The notes beneath the pieces were generated by a model. It worked only from the letters and a program-made list of their open reading frames with translations. It searched no databases and had not been told where the DNA came from. Below are positions 27,719 through 37,232 of a DNA stretch of 64,000 nt, piece after piece; the first letter of the stretch is position 1, and every line of letters begins with the position of its first letter. Source of the DNA: Pseudomonadota bacterium (GTDB taxonomy: Bacteria > Bdellovibrionota > Bdellovibrionia > Bdellovibrionales > Bdellovibrionaceae); contig JBEGVH010000016.1 of assembly GCA_041178425.1 (NCBI GenBank), forward strand, positions 128,001 through 192,000, given 5' to 3'. A program made the translations under genes and the position numbers.

Positions 27719-28507
27719 TTAAAAGTTAAAATCTCCCAGGCGCTGCTCGACGACCTTCTTATAGTCGTAAGCAGCGCTAAACAGTTCTCTCCTGAGATTC
27801 CCCCCGGCTGTCAAAATAGTATCTCTAGCACTCGAACCTTTTTCTTCCTCCAAAAAATAAACTTCAAGATTTTTTAAGGGATCAGTCTGCATATGCCAAA
27901 TCATGGCGGCGCACATCTTACAACACTGGAGACTCGATACGAGGACATTCTTTTTATCAAAACCTTTTTTGTTTTTAGCGAAATAGTTCTGAAGTAGTTG
28001 GATTTCGGCATGCCTGGTTTTATTTCTTGAATTTCGATTTTCTGCACCCATCTGAATCTTGAGATTTTCGTCAAGAATCAATGATCGCACCAAACGACTT
28101 TCTTGATGGCGAGGCTTTGATTGGGTATCTCTCTTTAAGGAGTTATCTTTAAATTCAATCCACGATTTTCCTGCACACAAAAAAGTCTCATTAGAATCAA
28201 AGACTCCATCATTTTTTACGACATAAGAAATCTCAATTGGAGCTGTCAAAGACTCGGACATTTTTTGATTTAAATTTAAGTCTACGGAGTATCTCTTTGC
28301 AGCAATTGAAACCATACCCCGGCAAAGTATAGAGGGCTGATAGTCCATGAGGATTCTGGATCTTAACATGGTCATCGCCTGATCAGGAAATCTCTCATAG
28401 ATTCCTTGAATCAGTTGGGTCGTTGCCGACTGAGGTTCGAACGGCAATGGTGAATAATGACTATGGTAATACCTGTTTTTAAAAAAAAGGGCCGCCGTTT
28501 GCTTCAA
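27719..28507 (-). CDS. Bd3614-like nucleic-acid deaminase
   Basis: N..NKTRHAE and SSLQCCKMCAAMI Zn motifs; N-terminal S...QLIQG...LR.RI...C.GM....AKR region. Confidence 0.8.
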   Translation of the reverse strand: MKQTAALFFKNRYYHSHYSPLPFEPQSATTQLIQGIYERFPDQAMTMLRSRILMDYQPSILCRGMVSIAAKRYSVDLNLNQKMSESLTAPIEISYVVKNDGVFDSNETFLCAGKSWIEFKDNSLKRDTQSKPRHQESRLVRSLILDENLKIQMGAENRNSRNKTRHAEIQLLQNYFAKNKKGFDKKNVLVSSLQCCKMCAAMIWHMQTDPLKNLEVYFLEEEKGSSARDTILTAGGNLRRELFSAAYDYKKVVEQRLGDFNF

Positions 28508-28540
28508 AAAGCGACCCTCCGGTTGATTGTGACTTTCAAC

Positions 28541-29218
28541 TTATTTACGGAACTCAATCAGTTCTGTTTCAAAAACAGTTGTGTAGGTATCACCTTCCAT
28601 CTCACTTGAGGACTCAGAGATTGATCTGATCGTCAAACCTTCGTATTCGTTTGAAACCCAAAAATCAGTTTTCGTGCGCATATTCAAACCATTCTGACTC
28701 TGGTTCAAGATTGTCTCTCTGTGAGTCGCTTGAAAACGCCCAGCCCTTACCGTAATACTTTCGATCCCAATAAATCGCTCTTGAGGTTCTTCCATAGGGT
28801 TGGTTGGTCGATCATCTCCTAAACGGCAGAATTGTAGAAAGTCAGACTTAGTCAGTTTCTCTTCGTGACGAGTAGCCTCGGTTGCAACTGGAGCCAACAT
28901 TTCAGTTTCGACAATGGTTACAACTTCATTACTATTGCTCTCAGTTACAGTCGTTTTAATGTTAATATGACTGGTAAGGTCTTTTGCAGTGTTGGTTTTT
29001 ATAAAACTCTTATTTTCATAGGCAGTCATACGACCCTTTGGTTGCGTCTTTACAATAGTCGCCCACGCTTGATCGCAATCAGCAGGCCATTGGGGTTTCT
29101 TTATTGGCGCACCGTTGCCAGCTCCTGATCCTCCAGAGCTACTATCTTGAGAACAAGCACCCAAACAGAAGATAATAGACAAACAAAATAAGAAATGACT
29201 CAATTCAAAAAATCTCAT
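28541..29218 (-). CDS. Hypothetical lipoprotein (DUF3108-like beta-rich)
   Basis: Lipobox LGAC; ESITVRAGRF motif. Confidence 0.8.
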   Translation of the reverse strand: MRFFELSHFLFCLSIIFCLGACSQDSSSGGSGAGNGAPIKKPQWPADCDQAWATIVKTQPKGRMTAYENKSFIKTNTAKDLTSHINIKTTVTESNSNEVVTIVETEMLAPVATEATRHEEKLTKSDFLQFCRLGDDRPTNPMEEPQERFIGIESITVRAGRFQATHRETILNQSQNGLNMRTKTDFWVSNEYEGLTIRSISESSSEMEGDTYTTVFETELIEFRK

Positions 29219-29328
29219 GCGATCCCCCTCTTTTTTATAACTAGCTCAAGACGACTATCACTCGAAAGCCTTATCAGCCAAGCGTTTACGCATGCAAAAG
29301 CTCCTGTGGCGGAGTCAAATTTAGAAAT

Positions 29329-30144
29329 TTATCTCTGAGCTGCCCGATACAATGGCAATACTTTTTCTAAGTTGGCTCGAATATTTTTAATTCGGGTAGA
29401 GTCGGAGGGGTGGGTACTTAAAAATTCAGGAGGCTTCCCCGCCCCACTCGCACCCATTTTTTGCCATAACGTTATGGCTTCCTGAGGGTTATATCCGCCA
29501 CGCGCCATTAGCTCAAGACCCAGGACATCAGCCTCAGTCTCTTGACCACGATTATGAGGGAGGTCGATAACTAAAGAAGAGAAAACAAGAAGTGCCCCTT
29601 CATACTTTTTATCTACGACTCCAGTCTCTACCCCTAATTTAATGATCCCAATTTTAATAAGTTGCTCCGACATTCGCTCACGCCCATGCTCACGCAGGGC
29701 ATGGGCTATTTCGTGACCCATAATGGCTGCTATTTCGCCATCTGTTAATTTGAGCTGATCAATAATTCCTGTGTAAAACATTATTTTTCCACCCGGCATG
29801 CAATACGCATTCAACTGTGGATTTGATTCAAGGTGCACCTCCCAATCCCATTTGATGGAGTCATTTCTAAAAATTTCCGAATGAGGAATCAGACGCCTTG
29901 AAATAATTTTTAGTCGATTCAATTGCTCACTATTTTTATCTAGGTTACCTTTTTTAGCGGCCTCTCTTTTTACCTGCTCATAGGCTTCTGCAGAACTTCG
30001 TTCGATGTCGCTGGATGAAACTAAGAAAAGTTGTTTTCGATCAACACCAGTGCTTCCAGCCGATGTCGTCGAAGCACAACCTGAGTTAAAAAAGAATTCA
30101 CAAAAAAGGAAATAGATGATGATTAAGATATTCGTTCTTTTCAT
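29329..30144 (-). CDS. M48 family zinc metallopeptidase lipoprotein
   Basis: NAYCMPGGKI, HEIAH, E.EAD..G and FLSTHPS...R motifs. Confidence 0.96.
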   Translation of the reverse strand: MKRTNILIIIYFLFCEFFFNSGCASTTSAGSTGVDRKQLFLVSSSDIERSSAEAYEQVKREAAKKGNLDKNSEQLNRLKIISRRLIPHSEIFRNDSIKWDWEVHLESNPQLNAYCMPGGKIMFYTGIIDQLKLTDGEIAAIMGHEIAHALREHGRERMSEQLIKIGIIKLGVETGVVDKKYEGALLVFSSLVIDLPHNRGQETEADVLGLELMARGGYNPQEAITLWQKMGASGAGKPPEFLSTHPSDSTRIKNIRANLEKVLPLYRAAQR

Positions 30145-30217
30145 AAAAAAGTTATAAAAAGAAATGCTTCAGCCTTCAAGTGAAGTTTTCGATCCCTTAG
30201 CCTCTCAGCAAAAATGA

Positions 30218-31099
30218 TTATTTGAACTCTGGTACCTCAATCCAACCCTCATTCTTAGGAAACAATTTGGGCTTCGATTCACACTTTTTTTGGAACTTCC
30301 AAAAGGCTGTAAGGGCAATCCATAAACTCTCAAAGGCGACGAGATTATCTACAAACAAGTACTTGTCTTGCTCGTAAATAAAAATTTCCATATCGTCTAT
30401 CAATTGCTTCATGAGATAGGCACGTGCTTCAAGTCCGTCAACAGAATGTCGATAACTCTTCAGTTGAATTTTAGATAACTTTTTGGCCCTCGCCCATCGA
30501 AGAACACTGAGGCGAGGAATCACTTCGATCACATCGTGCTCCCAACGTCGACGGATGAATCGCCCTCGAGCGAGCAACGGAGCGGTATTGGCACCCAGCG
30601 AATCACCGACGGCCCAAGGGCCCTCAAGTTCTTCGCCCCAAAGCATCTCCACACAGCGTTGTGTATAGGGCGTAAACCCCCTGGTATTCTTCTTTTTCTG
30701 GGCCTGCAGTCTATGTTGCTTCCACATCCAGAGTATTTCTTCTTCTTGGCAGAACTCATAGCCCGGACACGTCAGTTGACAAGTAAAACACTTGGGCAAA
30801 GAGAGAGGAACGTCCATTCCCACCAATTCAACGTCACTCTTAAACTGCTGAACGTACTCATGAAGTCTGAGGTCTGAAGATAACTCCCCTTCGGTTTTTA
30901 GGCGATCAATCAATCGGCTTACGATTAATTTTTTCTGATCTACATAATATTCAAGAACCGTGATGGCCGTTCGATCCGATTTACCTCCACCGAGAGATAT
31001 ACCGATAAAGCGATGATATTTTAATGATGAACTTGAACGTCGATCCTGGGCGGGCCAAAGGCTGTCTTTAGCTTTTGAACTCCGCTTTTTTGGCTTCAT
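30218..31099 (-). CDS. DUF429-like RNase H-fold protein with Cys4 insert
   Basis: FIGISLGG...TAI, GMDVPLSLP, CxxCxxxCxGxxxC, EVIP. ATG 31099 overlaps the kinase TGA (ATGA). Confidence 0.7.
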   Translation of the reverse strand: MKPKKRSSKAKDSLWPAQDRRSSSSLKYHRFIGISLGGGKSDRTAITVLEYYVDQKKLIVSRLIDRLKTEGELSSDLRLHEYVQQFKSDVELVGMDVPLSLPKCFTCQLTCPGYEFCQEEEILWMWKQHRLQAQKKKNTRGFTPYTQRCVEMLWGEELEGPWAVGDSLGANTAPLLARGRFIRRRWEHDVIEVIPRLSVLRWARAKKLSKIQLKSYRHSVDGLEARAYLMKQLIDDMEIFIYEQDKYLFVDNLVAFESLWIALTAFWKFQKKCESKPKLFPKNEGWIEVPEFK

Positions 31100-32106
31100 T
31101 GGTCTGCCAAAATTGGATGAGGTTTGGCACCCAAAACTTGAAATCCAGCCTCGGAACAAGCAGCGGCAACATGTGCTTTTGCCTCAGGCGCGGTCCATAT
31201 TAAAACACAACCTCCCCCTCCAGCTCCACAAATTTTAACAGCCTCAGCCCCATTTTTAAAAGCTAATTTATGAAGTGCCTCGATCTCAGGACTAGAGATG
31301 GCAGGAGCCAACTGGATCCTTGCATCGTACTCCCGATTAAAAAGTTCACGTAAATTCGTCCATTGACCAGCCCGCACTAATGCAGACATCTCTTCACTGA
31401 TCAAACGCAGACTTGAGAGAGCACGAATGGTCTTCGAATCCTTAGCTACCGCCTTTTGTAAAACTTCAAAATTATTCATTCCACTGTGGTGCGAGCGACC
31501 TGTGTAAACAAGCAAAAACCGATCTTCAATTTCTCTTTGTTCAGAGTGATTAAAAAGATATTGTTTAATCCCGCTTGGAGAGTATTCTAAAATATTTATT
31601 CCACCGCTAGCGGCGGGATAATAATCTTGGGTTCCAGTAGGAGTTAATAACAGCTTGGCTTCAAGATTATGTGCCACATTAACTAGTTGGTAGACCGACG
31701 AAAAAGGTTGTGATGTGGCCTTTGAAAGTGCTTTCAACAGACTTACCATTAAACTTGAACTTCCGCCTAACCCTCCGCCCACCGGGCTTTCGGAACGAGT
31801 TTTTAATTTTAATCCGAAGGGAGGACGAAAATATTCTAGGACAATTCTAAAGAGCGCAAATTGAGGATCTTTATCCTGAATGGCCTCCTCATAGGAGGCG
31901 TAAATCTTTTTAACTTTGAGATCAAGACTCTCTAATTCAATAGCTGCTGAATCAGTAAGAATTTCAAGATCTACATAGGTAAAAATATCAATGGCTATAT
32001 TGACCGTTTTGGCCCCTCCAAAAAAACTGTAAAGAGGCCAAAGGTCTAAGGTGCCGCCGGCTAAATCTACTCTGGTAGGTGATTTGATAGTAATTATTTG
32101 GCTCAC
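31096..32106 (-). CDS. GHMP sugar kinase (HddA-like)
   Basis: PTRVDLAGGTLD, PVGGGLGGSSS, GTQDYY and KICGAGGGG motifs. Confidence 0.92.
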   Translation of the reverse strand: MSQIITIKSPTRVDLAGGTLDLWPLYSFFGGAKTVNIAIDIFTYVDLEILTDSAAIELESLDLKVKKIYASYEEAIQDKDPQFALFRIVLEYFRPPFGLKLKTRSESPVGGGLGGSSSLMVSLLKALSKATSQPFSSVYQLVNVAHNLEAKLLLTPTGTQDYYPAASGGINILEYSPSGIKQYLFNHSEQREIEDRFLLVYTGRSHHSGMNNFEVLQKAVAKDSKTIRALSSLRLISEEMSALVRAGQWTNLRELFNREYDARIQLAPAISSPEIEALHKLAFKNGAEAVKICGAGGGGCVLIWTAPEAKAHVAAACSEAGFQVLGAKPHPILADQ

Positions 32107-32117
32107 AAAATTATTTC

Positions 32118-33530
32118 CTACTGTTTGAAACCACTACTTTTATCTTGGGCTTCTGTTTTTATTTCTTCTTCCTTTTGATCTGATTTGAATAGCTTATCTA
32201 AAGCGAGCATTTTTACATCGTCTTCGCTAATTAAAATAACATCCGGCAAGAGGGAAGATTTGGCATAAAAGAAAGTCTTCACAACATCCTCATCCTTCTT
32301 CTTAAGCGAATCACCAATCGTCAGCTCAAGCAAACTCTTTCCTTCGCCATTGAGGAGCGCATATCTTTTTTTAGGCGAATCAAGTCCGGGAGCTGTTAGT
32401 CGACCCTCCAAAAACTCCGCCACCCTTACTTGACGAAGGCTTTCAATTAACTGGTCTACGCTCACGCTTTCCGGAGCGGGTTGATTTGACGATTTCCACC
32501 TTTCGTTTTCACGACTTATCACAAGTTGAGCGTCTCCAGAAATTTTCAAGCCCTTCACATCTTGCTTATTAAAAGTGAAGGGTAATTCTCGATCACGCAA
32601 TCCATCTAAATTAGCCTTAGTCAGTTTTTCTACATTAGCAGAATCAACCTTAAAAACCTTTTTTAAATCTTTTGGCCAAACATACCACTGACGATCTTTT
32701 CCCATCCCAAATTCAAACGAATGATCTTTTGAGTTTTCAACCTCGAACGCAATCTTCAAGCGAGTACTCCCAAACCCAAATTCTGAGACCTGACTTCCGA
32801 TGGGCTCCGTCTCGATGACAAAATCAGTGGCCTTCATATTTTGAACACTATTAACAAGTTCTCTGACTTTATTTTGATCCAAACTCCATTTTGGCTTCAA
32901 AACAGAAATCCAACGCCCCTCGTTCAAAACCAATCTAACTTCATCGTCACCCTTTTTGAGGCTAAACCCCTTCAATGCCGTTAGGGGCTGCCTTAAGATT
33001 CTTTTGTCTCGAAGGTCTTTCATATTTCTTTCAGTCAGGGAGCTCCAAACTGGAGCTCCCACATACACAACTTTATCGTTGCTCTTACGAATAAAAGTGT
33101 TCCCCTCAAAGTTTTTTCGAGCAGAGACCTCAATAGTTATCTCTCGGCCTGAGGTGAGAAAAATCTTAATGGATGATCGCGGCGAATCTAGCCCGTAAGT
33201 AGCCCAATCAATTTCCTCACCCGCGCCAATTTTTTCTAACGACTTTTCGGTTGTCAGTGCTTGTAACCAACCATTGATTTCATCCTCTGCCGCAAGATCA
33301 ACAACTGGCTGTTTCAGCTCCCAATCGCCCTTCTCGCGGGAGAGCTGAAGATCGCCTGAGGTATTTTTTAACTCAATTTTTTGAATTTCGTTTTTAGGAA
33401 CTGGTAGGAGAATGGCTGCTTGCTCCTCTGAACTTTTACTTTCTTCACCCCTGTAGTAGTCAAAGTAATAAACTCCAATGACAAGCAGGAATACGAACAA
33501 GTAAAAGTAATTAGCCCCCTTCTTTTTCAT
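32118..33530 (-). CDS. DUF4340 domain protein (Gld ABC-associated)
   Basis: N-terminal TM; repeated YGLDSP/FGFGS and LRDK/LRDR modules; directly follows gldG. Confidence 0.85.
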   Translation of the reverse strand: MKKKGANYFYLFVFLLVIGVYYFDYYRGEESKSSEEQAAILLPVPKNEIQKIELKNTSGDLQLSREKGDWELKQPVVDLAAEDEINGWLQALTTEKSLEKIGAGEEIDWATYGLDSPRSSIKIFLTSGREITIEVSARKNFEGNTFIRKSNDKVVYVGAPVWSSLTERNMKDLRDKRILRQPLTALKGFSLKKGDDEVRLVLNEGRWISVLKPKWSLDQNKVRELVNSVQNMKATDFVIETEPIGSQVSEFGFGSTRLKIAFEVENSKDHSFEFGMGKDRQWYVWPKDLKKVFKVDSANVEKLTKANLDGLRDRELPFTFNKQDVKGLKISGDAQLVISRENERWKSSNQPAPESVSVDQLIESLRQVRVAEFLEGRLTAPGLDSPKKRYALLNGEGKSLLELTIGDSLKKKDEDVVKTFFYAKSSLLPDVILISEDDVKMLALDKLFKSDQKEEEIKTEAQDKSSGFKQ

Positions 33531-35056
33531 GCATTTCTCCTACGATACCAGAGAGCACCACTCGAAATAAGCATTATCAAAGGAAGAGGAATGACAAATG
33601 CAAATAAAAACATATAAAACTTGTTTTCTGTTAACGTTAACTCAGTAGCCGATATTTCTTTAGGACTGATGCTCACCATATTTTCTTCTTTTGCCAGAGT
33701 AAAAATCGAGTTTAGCAATAAGTCTCTATTAAGATTTTTTTTCAGCAATTGATTAGTTAAAAAATCAGAATCTCCAGCGACGACCAATTGAAATTCGTTT
33801 GAACTGTTTGGCCATTTCCCCTTCACCGATGCAACCAAGGTAAACGGCCCTTTTGACCCCTCACCTTCGAATTTATTATCTTTGAACCCATAGGCATTAT
33901 CATCGGTCTTTACGAGTTCATCAAAGCTCGCGCCCTCTGGGAGCATTCCCTTACCCAAAGATTGAGGCATTCTGAAGAGGACGAATTCATTTCGACCAAA
34001 TACTTTCGTAATATTATTAGTCGACGAGAACTCTGCCCCTGCCGTGGCTGACGGATCTGACACCTGGCCATAGGCTGTTTGAATCACAGTAATGATGTAA
34101 TCATTTTTCAGTTGAATACCAGCCCTATCTAACAGGCCTGTTAAACCGTGGGCCGCGGCGGGATCCACAGCCACAAATAAGCCACCACCCTTTTGTAGAT
34201 ATTTTTCAAGGGCCTGAATTTCGAGGACAATGAATTCCTGCTTGGGCCCAATAATCAGAACACTATCAGCGTCTGGAGGAACTGCACCCACTTTTGCCAA
34301 GGGAAGCTCCTTCAATACGTATCGATTTCCCTCTAAAAGGCTCCTCAACCCCGATAAACCTTCTGGATCCTTAACACTTTCTAGAGTTCCTTCGCCATGT
34401 CCAGTAACCAGATACACGACCTTGTCTTTCTCTCGGGTTGCTTTAGCTATAGCTCCAGTGATCTCTTGCTCCTCGATTTTTTCAATACGATTGCGCCTAC
34501 CTTTATATTCAACAAATACGACACCGCTCCCTTTGTTCACACCATATTGTTCTGCGAGGTCAGGCCGTTTATTCACTTCGACGAAGTCTAAGCTTACCCT
34601 CGGCGATTCATCTTGGTATTTCTTGACCAGGAGTTGAAATGCTTTTCTGCTCTGCTGTGCCTCTTCAGCTCCCTCTTTGTAAAAGAACGTAATCTTTAAA
34701 TCAGAATCTAAAGCTTTCAATAGTCGAATGGATTGATCCGAGAGCGTATTTTGTTTGGCGATGGAAAAATCGAAGGTTTTATAGTGGCGCATGGAAACAA
34801 AATTAATAGCCGAAAGCATGATGACAACCGAAAGAATCATCGCTCCCATATTCATACCATGCTTTGTGGTTTTCATCGAAAAGAACTCCACATACATTTT
34901 TCTATCGGCCCAAAAGGCTCCAAGCAAACATATAAGAAAGGCTCCGAAGGGAATCCAAAGAGCGGGGTGAAATCCATTCAAAAGAAATCGGGTTACTACG
35001 AAGGCTACTAAGCTGAGACCTGAAATAAGAAATAATATTTTCGCTAGTCGACTCAT
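33527..35056 (-). CDS. gldG: GldG-family ABC auxiliary component
   Basis: D.S....NTLS.QS, GHGE, GG.LF...DP, VAGDSDF.TN, N.DLLLN and a C-terminal TM ending WYRRR. Confidence 0.88.
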   Translation of the reverse strand: MSRLAKILFLISGLSLVAFVVTRFLLNGFHPALWIPFGAFLICLLGAFWADRKMYVEFFSMKTTKHGMNMGAMILSVVIMLSAINFVSMRHYKTFDFSIAKQNTLSDQSIRLLKALDSDLKITFFYKEGAEEAQQSRKAFQLLVKKYQDESPRVSLDFVEVNKRPDLAEQYGVNKGSGVVFVEYKGRRNRIEKIEEQEITGAIAKATREKDKVVYLVTGHGEGTLESVKDPEGLSGLRSLLEGNRYVLKELPLAKVGAVPPDADSVLIIGPKQEFIVLEIQALEKYLQKGGGLFVAVDPAAAHGLTGLLDRAGIQLKNDYIITVIQTAYGQVSDPSATAGAEFSSTNNITKVFGRNEFVLFRMPQSLGKGMLPEGASFDELVKTDDNAYGFKDNKFEGEGSKGPFTLVASVKGKWPNSSNEFQLVVAGDSDFLTNQLLKKNLNRDLLLNSIFTLAKEENMVSISPKEISATELTLTENKFYMFLFAFVIPLPLIMLISSGALWYRRRNA

Positions 35057-35059
35057 AAA

Positions 35060-35833
35060 TTACCTCCAACGATTTGATTCTACGACTCTCTCGGCAAGAA
35101 AGACGAACAGTCCGACGACACTTAAAAGGAATACTATTGCACTCGTACGAACGGTTCCCTCCACAAATGATGAGAGATGTGCATTCAATGAAATGTGTTC
35201 AAAAAATTCTCTGATAGTTTGACTGTCACTCACTTCTGCACCGATCCCTACAAACCAGATTGAAATGTTCATAATCACCGCCATCACGAAAGATCCTAAA
35301 GCGCTTTCTGTGAGGGACGAACAAAATAAATCCATGGCCGCATAGACGGCACCCACCATAAAAAGCCCCATAAAGGCAATCGTTAAAAGAGGCCAAGAGA
35401 AGGTTGCAAAGAAGCCAGTCCATGCACAGTATAGATAGGCCAGAAGAACGATTCCAAAAACAGCACCCAATGAAGCTACATATTTTCCTAAGACAATCTG
35501 TAGACTCGTCACAGGGCTTGTTAACAAAAGATCAAATGTATGCATTTTCTTTTCTTCTGAAAGTAAGCGCATAGAAAGAGCTGGAACAATCAGAATTAGC
35601 ATCAAATTCAGATAAGACAATTGTCGTAAGAATAATCCGTAATGGATATTAAGCTGCTGCTGAGGAACACCAGGCTGAAACATCATGTTTTTCGCCATTT
35701 CTGAAAACTGGGCCAATTGAATTGGAAACACCCAACTCAATACTAGGGTACACAAAAACGCGACCATGTAAAAAACTGGGCTGCCAAAGAAGGCCTTCAA
35801 ATCTTTTAATAATATTGTTAAAAATCCTCTCAT
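35060..35833 (-). CDS. gldF: ABC-2 permease (GldF-like)
   Basis: PALSMRLLSEEKK..T.DLLLTSP....IVLGKY motif. Confidence 0.88.
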   Translation of the reverse strand: MRGFLTILLKDLKAFFGSPVFYMVAFLCTLVLSWVFPIQLAQFSEMAKNMMFQPGVPQQQLNIHYGLFLRQLSYLNLMLILIVPALSMRLLSEEKKMHTFDLLLTSPVTSLQIVLGKYVASLGAVFGIVLLAYLYCAWTGFFATFSWPLLTIAFMGLFMVGAVYAAMDLFCSSLTESALGSFVMAVIMNISIWFVGIGAEVSDSQTIREFFEHISLNAHLSSFVEGTVRTSAIVFLLSVVGLFVFLAERVVESNRWR

Positions 35834-35843
35834 CTCTTGCTCC

Positions 35844-36773
35844 CTATTGATCTACTGAACCGTAAGTTAGTTTGATGAAAACATCTTCAAGTTGGGCCTG
35901 TGAGTGCATTTCTAATAATCCTGCCCCAGCACGTACTACTTCACTCGATAAATTTTCGATTACTTCATCTTGCCCATTGAATTCCGCAATAACAGTGTTA
36001 GGAGTCGCCCCCTTCACCACATTGATGACTCCGGAGAGTGCTAGTAATCTTCCGATGAGTTCATCCGAATTACGACGAATTCTAAAGGTTACTTGGCGAG
36101 CCCCTTTTGCCATTGCTCCAATGTTGCTTAAACTTTCCTGGGCAACGATTTTTCCTTGGTTAATGATTATAATTCTCTCGCAAGTCGCTTCGACCTCAGG
36201 CAGAATATGGGTTGATAGGATGATTGTATGTTGACCTCGCAACTCTTTGATAAGATCGCGAATTTCTGCAACTTGTTTCGGATCAAGTCCTACTGTTGGT
36301 TCATCCAGAATGAGAACATCAGGATCACTCACCAGTGCTTGCGCAATTCCAACCCTTTGCCTGAAACCTTTAGATAAATTCTGGATTAATCGATTTTGCA
36401 CCTGACCCAAGTTCGTCTTTTCTATCGATTGTTGCACCAATTTCGAGATACGTGACTTTTCAACGCCTTTGAGATTAGCCACAAACTCGAGATATTCTTT
36501 TACAAACATTTCGCCATAGACAGGGGGGTTTTCTGGAAGATAACCAATTCGACGCTTCACTTCCAGCGGCTCTTCGAAAACATCAAATCCAGCAACTAAG
36601 GCCTGCCCTCCGGAGGGAGCCATAAACCCCGTGATAATTTTCATGGTGGTCGATTTACCAGCTCCATTGGGCCCCAAAAAGCCAACGACTTCCCCTTTAT
36701 TGACTGAAAAATTCAACGAATCAATCGCTCTTCGCGATCCATAATCTTTCGTTAGATTACGTACCTCAATCAT
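35844..36773 (-). CDS. gldA: ABC transporter ATPase (GldA-like)
   Basis: GPNGAGKST, LSKGFRQR, LDEPTVGLDP and STHIL motifs. Confidence 0.92.
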   Translation of the reverse strand: MIEVRNLTKDYGSRRAIDSLNFSVNKGEVVGFLGPNGAGKSTTMKIITGFMAPSGGQALVAGFDVFEEPLEVKRRIGYLPENPPVYGEMFVKEYLEFVANLKGVEKSRISKLVQQSIEKTNLGQVQNRLIQNLSKGFRQRVGIAQALVSDPDVLILDEPTVGLDPKQVAEIRDLIKELRGQHTIILSTHILPEVEATCERIIIINQGKIVAQESLSNIGAMAKGARQVTFRIRRNSDELIGRLLALSGVINVVKGATPNTVIAEFNGQDEVIENLSSEVVRAGAGLLEMHSQAQLEDVFIKLTYGSVDQ

Positions 36774-36920
36774 AATTGAACCTCACCTTAAGCTAAATAA
36801 ACCTGATAGAGAGTTTGTGCCGACTTTGTACCACAGTCAAGAGTCTAGGCACGCTCCTACTTTCTCAATTTGACTCAAAAATTCGCAATGAATTCAAACG
36901 AAAATGGACTTCTGGCGATC

Positions 36921-36947
36921 TAAATTTTTTGCCCACCGAACCGATGA
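36921..36947 (+). promoter_or_regulatory. Putative sigma28 (FliA) promoter
   Basis: TAAA-N15-ACCGATGA versus consensus TAAA-N15-GCCGATAA. Confidence 0.65.
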
Positions 36948-36956
36948 ATTGGGGGT

Positions 36957-37232
36957 ATGAAATCTGATCAATTATTAGAAATATTTTATAGACACCTTAA
37001 AAAAACAAACTCAAATCCCGGCAACACCGAGGACTTTGTTCACAATGTGGTAGCAGACTACATGTTCTACTTAATGAACATTGGTCACATTCCGAACAAA
37101 GTTTGCGATGCCTTGGAGAATGACCTTAAAGAGGAAGTCCTCGAGCTCTACACCAGGCTTCAGGCTGGACCTATCAAAAAAGTTCAACAAACTATCAATA
37201 TGGCACCTTCAAAGGTCAGACGTCTTAATTAG
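36957..37232 (+). CDS. Small hypothetical protein
   Basis: 91-aa helical ORF directly downstream of the FliA-like promoter. Confidence 0.75.
   Translation: MKSDQLLEIFYRHLKKTNSNPGNTEDFVHNVVADYMFYLMNIGHIPNKVCDALENDLKEEVLELYTRLQAGPIKKVQQTINMAPSKVRRLN

Noticed and set aside
20535..29300. Active integrative element at tRNA-Arg
   Set aside because: No integrase and no att-like duplication of the tRNA 3' end was found.
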